DNA from: Antedon mediterranea
Taxonomy: Eukaryota; Animalia; Echinodermata
DNA length: 64,000 nt
NCBI RefSeq assembly: GCF_964355755.1
Contig: NC_092676.1
Span: forward strand, 2,609,788-2,673,787
Direction of reading: 5' to 3'
Numbering within the stretch: the stretch's first letter is position 1; each line of letters opens with the position of its first letter. This document shows positions 53,306-64,000 of the stretch, in pieces. The notes under the pieces are model-generated. The model had not been told where the DNA came from. It saw nothing but the letters and a program-made list of their open reading frames with translations, and did no database searches. A program made the position numbers and the translations under genes.

Positions 53306-55574
53306 TTATATTGGTTACGGTAAACATCACAATAGATAAAAAATGGAGTTTCAAACAGTGATAATAGAATATTAACTTCATCTTTCATTAATTTCCGTTT
53401 TTAACATTTTATTTTTGAAATTTGTTTTATATTAAAATGGACAGTGCGTAGTATAACTGAAACATTTTTATACATGAAGATGGAACGTTTCTTGAAATTT
53501 TTATTATTTAATGGACATTAACTTTGAAATATATATAAAAGGTTTGACATGCTAAAGTACCCAAATGAAATACTTTTGTATGATTTTTTTTTTATAGATG
53601 TTTAATTCATACAACAAAGTTCGAACTTTCAAAAAGTTTTATGTGAATAACGTGATTATTATCTGTTTTACAATTTTCTTTTATAGATTAAATAAAATGT
53701 ATTTATTAATTTTTATTTGTAATTTCCTTATCTTCATCGTTTATAAAATAATTAATTTAATTTCTATTACCATTACACTATTCCTGATTTAAAAAAATTA
53801 AATTAAAGTATGTACTATTTACTAAGCATTGCTGGTTCTATATTAGCTATACAAATTAATATCAATATTATTCATACAAATAAAAATAATTATAAATTTA
53901 TATATAAAAAAAATATATAAATAATAATTTCATTTAGGAACTTGGCATTTTTTAAGTATGTTGATTTAAGCTTTGCTTAATTAATATTTCTTGATACAAT
54001 TTTATTAGTTTAATTATTAAATAACTGTTTATTGATTGTATTTAAAAATGTCTAACCGGATCACCACACCTCAATTTGTACTTTGAAATGATCACAAAAA
54101 AATGATCTTCCTTTGGGATATATAGAGCATTACATGTTTCATATCTATCTCATGGGTGCTGTTAAATATTGTGTGTTATGAGTAGCTAGCTTAACTCCCT
54201 CCGAAACGTAAACTACCCTAGGATACGTCAATAGTATCGATTTAAAGGGACCTTTCATTACGAATGAGAGTACATTTATTCTAAATATCTAAAACAAAAT
54301 CTGATTTTTTTGATTCCAACATGGGGTTGTAAATGATAATGATTATGGAGTTGAAAAATCGTTGCTTTTTTAAGCGTTATTTTTCATTTAAGTGGTCAAA
54401 TTATGTATTAGTTTTCTCCTCATGCCTCAGAAGCAGAGGTAGAGTAGCGTTTGATACATCTACAGCCTTGTTCCTTGCCAACAAGCAAAGGAGGATTTTT
54501 TTGGAATCATCTTTGCTGATCTCTGCATACTGTATTATCAATTGCTCCGATTTTACCTCTCTCCTTTTTTTTTTCCTATCATAAATACATGGGTTCATAA
54601 TTTAATATAGAGAAAATTCTAATCAAGGCCACCTCTAAGGAACCCTTTGGCAAATACCTAAACTAATGAGTAACTAAATTTATGTTTATGAGTTTATAAG
54701 TAATTTTCATAATTTTGACGAATATAGGTGTCTATGTGTATGGACATTTACAGTATGAGATAAGGTAAACAACATTATTACGCTTAAGAAGTCGAGGAGA
54801 ATTGGCATCTGGCCAATAAAAGCGGTCAGTGTCAGTAATTCACATTGGAGCTAAAAGCGTGTAAGCAAGGGTATGTATAACCTAAATAGGGTACACATAA
54901 TAGTGGGTGACTGGCAATTGAGAGTAAGCCTTTAATGTCAGTTTTGCAACTGTGTACTGTTATGTCGCTTTAAACTATTAAAGCTAATGTGTTTGACCTT
55001 TGACAATTAAATGGATGTGCCCTCACTGTTGTCTCTATAGTATTATATCATTACATTATCAATATAAAAATATGAATTTAATGAACTTTGAAAGTTGTTA
55101 ACCCCAACTATGAGGAAACTATGGAGACTTTATTTAAAAGTTATCCCAAAAAAAAAATGTTTTTATTTTAAATTGTAAAGCGATTGGTTGACAGACATTG
55201 GGATTAGATACTTTTCTGAAAAAAATAAAATATAAGTAATGATTAAAAATGCATTCAAATTTTAAAATTAAATCATATTGAAAACTTAAAAAAATATTAG
55301 ATTAAATTATTATTTATAATTTGTAGACTGCTTTTACATTATTTCATTATTGTACATTTAATTAGAATAGTTATGTCTGGAAAAGATAATCACTGGAGTC
55401 TCTTTAGGCATTATACAACTGGGTCTCTTTAATACAAATACAATATAACTAAATTAATATTATATAATAATATTGCATTGATGACATGCCTATTAAACTA
55501 ATGTTTTTGGACATAAAACGCCTTTTTCTGCATTTATTTTATGTGAAAAGATGCATTGTAACAATACTATTTTG

Positions 55575-55627
55575 TGCCTACCTTACCTGGATAAAAAAAT
55601 GTTGGCCCTTTCTTCTTTAAGAGCGGG
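55575..55627 (+). repeat. Dispersed repeat family D, degenerate
   Basis: CCTTACCTGGATAAA...GGCCCTTTCTTCTTTAAGAG. Confidence 0.5.
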
Positions 55628-55754
55628 TATCTTTCCAATATAACTAATACACAGAATATGAGAATAACAGAACTGGCAAATCACCTGTTGAACTAATGTA
55701 TGTATTTGATGTTTGATTCAGTTTATGGCAATTTATTAGAAAAACAAATGCTGT

Positions 55755-56500
55755 ATCTAAAAGTGACAGGATCACAAAAGCAAAAAGTTAAATGAAATAA
55801 GGAATTAGTATATTATAGCAGGATAAGACAAATATGAACAATGCTTTAGGTAAAAGTGGTGGGATCACAGATGCAAGATGCAAAAAGATAAATTATATTA
55901 TATATATATATATATGAAAAAAAAACAAAAAACGCTTTAGGTAAAAGTATCTGTCTGGATCACAGAAGCAAAAAGTTAAATGAAAAATTAAATTATATTA
56001 TAGCAGAAAAGAGGCGACAAAAAAAAGCAACACTGCTTTAGGTAAAAGACAGTTAAACTTGTTTTTTAACATTTTGAATATATATTTATTGTTTTTATAA
56101 TAAGTGATATTTAATTGTAATTTTGTTTTAATATTTTGATTGTATGTTCTACCTTTCTAAATGTTTTTTATATTTTTATATTGCATTTTATTTTTCTGAG
56201 TGAAACGCTTTTGTTAAACTTCAATCTTTCGTTTGATTGCAATAAAGTTCTATTCGTATTTCGTAAGATCACAGAAGCAAAAAGTTAAATGAAAAATTAT
56301 ATTATAATAGCAGATAAGAGAAAAGACAAAAAAAAATCAACACTGCTTTAGATAAAAGTGTCAAGATCACAGAAGCAAAAAGTTAGATGAAACATTATAT
56401 TATAGCAGAAGAGAAGACCAATATGAAAATAATCAACGCTTTAGGTAAAAGTGTCTGGATCACAAAAGTAAAAGATGAAGCAAAAAGTTAAATGAAAAAT
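55755..56500 (+). repeat. Degenerate tandem repeat of about 90-110 bp, interrupted at about 56050-56265
   Basis: GATCACAGAAGCAAAAAGTTAAATGAAA...TTATATTATAGCAG...GCTTTAGGTAAAAG recurs about 6 times. Confidence 0.85.
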
Positions 56501-58716
56501 GTAAAAGTAAAAAAGAATAGATAAAAGAAATAATAACCCAGGTTTCAATTATTTTCCTTAATAAATAATAGGACCGTATAGATATGAAATTTTAATATTT
56601 TTGTGAGTGTCATGAAGCTTCAACAAAGGGATTATTAACTGAATATACAAACCTTAAGGAAATAGACAACCTTGTCATATTCTAAGTCACCATGTCTACA
56701 ATCAAATTATACTATACTTGGAAAATTTCAATTTAAAGAAAAGAAGATTTTTTTATCAGAAATAAACATAATCACATCAGTCAGGATGTGTTTTATTATG
56801 GGAAAAAAAGTTTTTATATTTTACATACAGTATATTTTAAATTCTCAAATATTGATTTATCTATTTTACTTAATTGTTTTCTATGTTTGAAGCACATTTT
56901 AAAATATGACCCATATTTTATATTTTATTACCGAGAAATAATTGGTTTTAGAGACTAAAATGTTTACATCCGTTAAAGAATATTTCATTCTATTATTTTT
57001 AAATGAACGTCGAATAGAATAAAACGTTGGAAAAATTATATTGCATATGTGTTACAATTTGTAGATATTGTATTTGATAAGATTTCACTAAGGAATTTTT
57101 ACCTCTGCAGACAATTCGAAAAGCTAAGATTTATGGCGACTAACAACGCTTTAGAATTCATCATTTTTCAGTTTTCACTTCTTAACATGGTTGCTAACAA
57201 TCCTATGAGGAATCAAGTTTTGACAATTAGCCTGCGTTAGTTTGTTTCCGTTTTTATGATGTATTCATGTAGTATGGATAGTGGAATATCAGTTTCCTAT
57301 CTATCAATTCTAAATATACTCTAGACATTATAAAATTGATTTTTATATTTAAATTTGAAAATGCTGTTTATCAATAGCACGAAGAATTTAGAAAAACCAC
57401 TTAACATTCTTTTTGGAAAGGAATAAATTTATTAAATAAAGTTTGTGTTTTGTAAAAAATGTATTAATATATAAGTGCATTTATTTTATATATTATTAAT
57501 ATTGTGGAATGTTTTTAATGTTTTAAACTCCTTAAATGTAATATTTGTAATTTTACATGTTTCATAAATATATAACTTTTATTAAAAAAAGTAAATTGAC
57601 AGTTTTGGAGAATAAATAAATTTATTTTTATCTAAAAATAGGAGATTCTTGAATAATATTAATTACCCATTATAGTTAATTATACATGAGCTGTTTATTT
57701 ACTATTACTGCAGCAATATGTTACTGCAGTAACTGCAGTAGAACAATATTTATCCGTAAAATAAAGAAATTGATTGTAACAGATTTGTCAGGAGAAGAAA
57801 TTTGTTGTAAAATGGATGCTAAAAATGCCATCATTACGCAAACAAATAACAGTGATTAATCCATTCATTATATATTAGCTTTGACAATCTTAGACGGAAA
57901 GCGGGATGGCTTCGGCACTATCCATCACAAGATATTTAAAATACTTCCCAAAATGCAATAATTCAAAGTGAACACAATACTATTTGTGAAAGTCAAGCAA
58001 TCTAAAAGGCAAAGCAAAGTATAAATTGTTTGTAGACATAAGGCATTACTACAACATAATTGCAATTGAACATTGCAATTTATGGGATCGAGTTTATAGC
58101 AAGGTTAAAAATGATGAATATAGTTTTGAGAGAGACATACATTTAGAAAGAAGAGATAAATAGGGAGAGAGAGAGCATTAAAAGAAAAAAAACAAAAATG
58201 ACATGACAATTGGGATAGGTTGCGGAAGAGAAAAAACTAATTTGGTATAAAACATAATTTAAATATTCAAATTCAACTGAAATATCACTCACCCAATTTA
58301 AAAGTATGTTATTTTTGTTTAACAAAATAGTAAACATGATTGTAAATGTTTCTGGTTTGTAATTAACAATGTGTAAAAACTTCTTTTTATCAAACCAATG
58401 GTACAAATTACGAGATTAGATGGTAAATACCTTCTTTTTTTTTATGGTTTCAATGAACAACGAAACAGTCGTTTAGAAAATAAGCTACTGTATATACAGT
58501 ACCATCTAATCTCGTAATTCGTACAATTGGTTTGATAAAAAGAATTTTTCACACAAAAAAGTAAATATTTAAAACTTAATGATTTAAATAATGTTTGCCA
58601 GTTTAGAGATTGAATAAATAAAAATTTTACCAAATGGGATTTGAAAACCGTTTGAACGGTGGAGAAAAAAAGATAGAAAAATGGCTTTAGGAAACTTTTT
58701 TTTTAAAGTTTTGCAT

Positions 58717-58789
58717 GTCACTCCAGGATTTCGTCACTCCAGGATTTCGTTACTCCAGGATTTCGTCACTCCAGGATTTCGTCACTCCA
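58717..58789 (+). repeat. 16-bp tandem repeat, 4.5 copies
   Basis: Unit GTCACTCCAGGATTTC. Confidence 0.95.
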
Positions 58790-61730
58790 AACAGTGTGTT
58801 GATACTAAAATATGAAAAATATTTTAAATTTTATCAACAAACATGAAATGTAGACTCATTGATGCTAGGTGCAGGTATTACTTGAATTATGTTTTTTCAC
58901 TAAATTAGTTTTTCAAAATAACATTCAAGTTTAAGAACATAATAGTTTATTTAATGCCTTGTTATGCCATATTTGGCAGATTTACTATAGGTAAATCAAT
59001 TAAACAAATTATTTAATGATCTTTTCCAAACTTACTGTCTGCTATTATTAACATATATAATTATTAATAAACCCTAAACTGAGATAATGCCAAAATAGTA
59101 TAATTTATTATAGATATTCATAAATGAACTACATTTATAGAACAAATTTGCTGGTACTGTAAATTCAATATAAATGTGTTGCCATGGACTAGATGGGATT
59201 TTCTGCTATTTAACAGTTTATCTAAAAGTTTATTAAAACAATTCTCCAACTTTGTTTAAAATACTTCATAAAAAATGATGCTGTTTTCTTTTTTTCTGTA
59301 TTTGTTTTATTGCCATTTTCCAATATTATTATTATTTTTCCAATAGAATGAGCTGAATTGAACCAAAGAAATTAAGACAATTGAATAGTATTGTTCTTGA
59401 GACATTGTAATATGAATCACATGACCATACTATTGTAATCTGTCATGGTCAATTATTATGTAACACATTGTTATCAGACAATGGCTAGGCTACATTAGTA
59501 TTGTTGGCTTCAAGTATTCTATGCAAGTAAAAAGGTGTGATGTTATTTTAAGACCCAACCCAACTAAATATATATATTTTATTATGAAAAGGTATTTGGT
59601 GCTTTACACTTGGTTGTGAAAAAAACCCAATAAAGACGACGTTTACTTTTCAACTACTACTTTTATTTATCTCTCAATTTTGATTAACTTATTCTCGATT
59701 ATTTTTAGTAGTTTAGTAAAATATTATTTAACTAAAGTTAATTCATGATATTACAGGGGGAGTGTCTTTTTACAAAGTTCTACTTTTGAAATGTTTTATG
59801 AAATAAAATAATTTTATTTATTGGAATGACACTTTTGTATTAACAGTGGTACGTATCACAGGGACAGTGCATCCATGAAATAAACCATTTTCAGTAGGGC
59901 CTATAGAAAAGCATATTTAAAAAAAAAATTTTTAAGCTGTAAAAGAGGTAAAGAAAGTTACAAATTAGGCAAGAAAACAAAACAATTCTTCTGATACCTG
60001 GTTTATTATTAAGCAGAGGGCAGCATACCAGTTTTTAAATTTACCATGGTAGATTTTAACAGATCATTATTCTGATCATTTTCTTGTTCAAAATACTTAA
60101 AGTGAAATCTGGTATAGGACAGTCCATTAAAATAAGATTGTGGTGAATTAACATGACAGTAATAAGCAAGCACTCTCTTCTGTCATCTTCCAATAAGTTA
60201 TACCTTTGTATGATTCCGTCTGCTGCCAGCTGTTCCAACCAATGACAACACTCCTTGTCTTATGTGTAGATAAGTACTAACTCAAGAATCTGGCCACAAG
60301 CAACCAGGTTGGAACTCTATCTTCTTAGCTAGACTGCCATCAGTGGAACAATACACACTGTTGTTATGTAACAGTGTCTGGTGTTTTTTAATAATGACCT
60401 ATTGTTATGTGTTATAACTCATTAGCATATTTCTACTATTGTGAAGTGCCTTCACTGTCTGTGTGTGGGGACAGTGTACTATCGTGTATAGAACAGTGAG
60501 TGTGCTTGTTGATTTACTCTGTGAAAGCCTACCAACCACATTTTTAAACTAAAGGTATGTACATTTTTAGATGTTTTTTCAACTAGGTAATGTCAGTTTG
60601 ATATTTATAGCATATGTAGAAGGAAGGATTTGTTAATTTTCTTTTAAAAAATAATTTGAATGTGAAGCTAGGAGGCTACCAAACAGGAATTTCCATGTTT
60701 TAAACTGAGAGGGGTATGCATTGGGTTTTCCTGATTTGACCAAGTAAAAAGATAGCAGTATATAGTGTAAGGAAAAAGTTCTGTGGTTTTATTTTAGCTG
60801 TATTGCTTGCTGTTCATACTTTCTCATTTTTAACCACATTTGTTTATAATACATGATTAATTTGCCATACTGAAATTAAACAAATTCAGTTTTTTGAATA
60901 AAATAAACAGTGGATTGTAGAACATTTTAAAGATAACCTCATGTCTTGACACTATTATATTTACTATCTTTGGAGTAAATATTCTGTTTTTTTGTGATTA
61001 TCCAAAAATCTTTATTAAGAGATATTTTTTGTATAGTGATTGATTATAGCATATTGGATAGGAATAGTAGCAATGTATCTGTACTTAAATGGTCTGACAT
61101 ATTATATTTTAAAAGTGTGCTGGTTTGTCTGATATTAATATTATTTGTACTGTTATAATACTGTAGTAACTTCAAATATTGTGTTTTTAAATTTAACAGC
61201 CTTTGTTTGTAGAACCATGGTTAATCATTGCTAATCACTCCACCTGGTCCACATACATATTTCTATACAATATTAACGGTTATGATTTTTACATGTTAAA
61301 CCTTGATTTTGGGCTCAGCAGGATGTTTATATGTTTTGAATTATTTGTTTACATCATTAAAATCGTTCAGTACAAGGATGTACACAGGTACAGGAATAAA
61401 AAGGGTTGGGTGGAAAAATGTTTAAAAGGGAAGGCAAACTTTAAAAAAATATTTACTGTTAGGATTTTACAGTACTTTAATAAGTTACTGTATCCCACAG
61501 TATGTAGAATAAAAGATTTAAAGTTAAACTGGTATTTATAGTGTAGCCAGGGAGATATGTAAAATAACATCTCACTTGGTGTAGCCACCTCACTGTCACC
61601 TCATCCATCCAGTGTATACAGTACTACAACTATTACTATATATAACTACACTACTGTATGTTAAACAATTAAGTAAATTTTGTTTAAAATATAATATATT
61701 TGCTTATGTATTTGCTTTTGTATATATATA

Positions 61731-61904
61731 AATCCAAAGGCAAATTACTGAAAAAATGGCAATGCAATGGCTGGATCTCAATGGAGATACAAAAAAAAAA
61801 GCGAAAAAAAAAGCTAAATCAAAACGATAAAGTAAACAGCCAGAAAAGTTAGCAGAGCTTTCGGGCAACACTAGCCCTTCATCAGTGCAATATAATATTT
61901 GTAT
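61731..61904 (-). mobile_element. Probable solo pseudo-LTR of a Penelope-like retroelement
   Basis: About 175-bp segment bounded by (TA)n runs (61721-61730, 61905-61916). It carries a minimal hammerhead motif followed by a T-rich tract on the minus strand. Minimal hammerheads are an established feature of Penelope-like pLTRs. Confidence 0.6.
61852..61888 (-). ncRNA. Minimal type I hammerhead ribozyme motif
   Basis: Minus strand reads GCA-CTGATGA-A-GGGC-TAGTGTT-GCCC-GAAA-GCTC-TGC: CUGAUGA and GAAA core boxes, stem II GGGC/GCCC, stem I GCA/UGC, NUH triplet CUC, palindromic AGCU in place of stem III. Confidence 0.75.
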
Positions 61905-62404
61905 TATATATATATAAGGCCTACTGTACGGACCCCCAACATTTTGAAAATTACAATGCAAAAAGATTTTTAGATTAAGTTCAGCACTTCAGCAAAATAC
62001 AATTTGTATAAATTGGGCTCTATATCAAAATACTGGATTCACAACTTATAACAACAAAAACAAAACCTGATTTTAAGTTTCTTGTAATCATGTTATTGTA
62101 TTGTTTAAATGGAAAACTGATTTATTTGGCAAATTAGGTGAATTTCATAAAGCCATTGTCATCATCGAATCACGCAACAAAACACAGGAGAGTTAAGTTG
62201 ATGAGAAACAGAATTTTTTAATATTCTTTAGTCTACCAAGAAATAAATCAATAGAAAGATAATTTGAAAATGTCAAAAACTAATTCTAATATTGTTTTTG
62301 ACAGATAACTATTTTATTTTAAAATAACGTTTTTGGTAAAATTCGCTAATGTGAACCAGTTTTTGTTTTTCTCCCCAAAAAGTACAAATTTCAAATGTTT
62401 GATT

Positions 62405-62707
62405 CAATAGAACCTCTATAGCTCTGTCTGGAGCTTGTTAAATAATAATATTAATTATGTAATAAATCTCAACTACTTATCCTAATATTTAAAAAAAAAT
62501 TTTTTTTTTAATACGTACCCAAAATGTTTATATTTTTACCTTTTTTCTAAATTGGAATAATGTGAAAATCAGATTCAGATGAAACCATGCTAATGTATGT
62601 TATTCTTGGATGAAACATCACACTTTGTCAAACGAGTTTGATAGTGTAGACAGAGCTTTGGAAGTGTCCCCTTAATAGCAGTGTCCCCTGAATAGAGGTT
62701 GACAATG
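62405..62707. mobile_element. Nested MITEs: family C ends enclosing an interrupted family A MITE
   Basis: In order: CAATAGAACCTCTAT (62405-62419), AGCTCTGTCT (62420-62429), unrelated sequence, ACATCACACTTTGTCAAAC...GTGTAGACAGAGCT (62615-62657), GTGTCCCCTTAATAG...AATAGAGGTT (62664-62700). Confidence 0.65.
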
Positions 62708-64000
62708 ACATTAATAGTATTAAAACATTCATAGCATTTCCATTTCACGGGAGTGGAGGTGTCCTACTTTTTAGTTGCATAATAATACTAACACACAATA
62801 CCAATGTTGATTAATAATTTTAGTGTTAAACCATCCTATTATGTACTGTGTGTTATGTGAAAAGAAACTGTTCTTAAGAAATTGTATATTGGAATTTTAA
62901 GTAGGTTTGGTTTTATCTATCCAACCATGTAAATAAAACTGTAACCAACGCCTTTATGGAGGTTAAAAACAGATGGCCCCAAATTAACCTATCATTTAAT
63001 TCTTATCTTCCCCTTAATTATGTCAATGACATACTTTAATTGTCTTTGCAATGTATTCACCTGGTTTTTATATGGACCACACAGATTGAAAACCTCTTGA
63101 AATCACAGGGCCTCTGAAACAATAAGCTTTTACTTCCTCTGTCAAAAAGCTTTGTTTTGCAAATATTGAATATTACCAGAGAAACCAGGTCTTTCAATAA
63201 AACAATAGAACTATTTTCAGTCGTGACGTAAGTAGGTATTGTAGTTCAATTGCCTGATAAATGTGTGGATATCCGAGCAACAAAAGGCGTTTTTATCAAT
63301 AACCTATTGTTACGTTCTCTGCTATTCTTTTATCCTCATCCATTCAGAGAGGAGAAAGCAGTTAAATGCTTTCAGTCTCTCAAAATGTCAAAGGTCAAGC
63401 CTGGGCTGCATTCTTGCGTGTGTTAAAGACAAATAAACGATAGCGATGTCAGTAGACTCCCACATGTCATTAGGATTTCATTTAGAGAGAATGTTTTTAT
63501 TGTGATCGTAACAAATGGGTAGAGCAGAGAAACCGGTCAGTAAGTCTTTTTGTCTTTCTTTTTTTATGTAATTCATGTGATAAAGGGTTAATCTCAGCTG
63601 GTACCAGTTATAACAGGAGGGTGGTCTGTCATGTCAATATCCCTGGCCTGAATTTAACTACAAGGTCACCTTATAAATAAAAATCTGTATAAAACAAAAA
63701 ATACCTTTTAAAATGATTAAGTCTGTGAGTTTAGGTAAAAAAGGGGAGAAAAAAAGGTGTTTTTATTAGTACAACTACAGTACATCGAACAGTATACTAG
63801 TTTGCCGGCTGAGTACTTTCCTCTCGGATACAGACAGCATCGTCGTCGTAGTCGCTGTAATTGCAAATTGAAAAGTGCTGGATTAATTGCTAGTGTCACT
63901 TTCCTCTTCCTGTAAATAGACTACGAGCGGAAACAATGACGGCTATTGTTATTCATCGGAATGGTTGCATCAAAATCTTAGTTGATTCAATATTATGCAT

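Noticed and set aside
63348-63540. Possible exon between CATTCAG and GTCAGT/GTAAGT
   Set aside because: The donor context is ambiguous and the segment contains several stop codons with no recognisable peptide.

Overview
This is AT-rich (roughly 30% GC by eye) eukaryotic non-coding DNA, most likely a large intron or gene desert of an invertebrate. Recurrent TAGGCCTA motifs hint at an echinoderm, but that is inference only. No protein-coding gene, rRNA, intact tRNA or CRISPR array is supported; the ORF track is chance ORFs and read-through of tandem repeats. The window is a collection of non-autonomous mobile elements and tandem repeats: about 10 PIF/Harbinger-type MITEs with TAA/TTA TSDs, several TTAA-flanked Kolobok-type MITEs, degenerate Tc1/mariner-like MITEs, a 1.2 kb CAG...CTG element with a 6-bp TSD, a head-to-tail dimer of a 1.56 kb Helentron/Helitron2-like element, a 160-bp palindromic element and a 27-unit 69-bp satellite with higher-order structure. 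A minimal hammerhead ribozyme sits in a probable Penelope-like pseudo-LTR on the minus strand at about 61.9 kb. One candidate small exon lies at 16127-16212. I did not find a convincing new multi-gene system; the best leads are the ribozyme, the rolling-circle dimer and the satellite/MITE junction.
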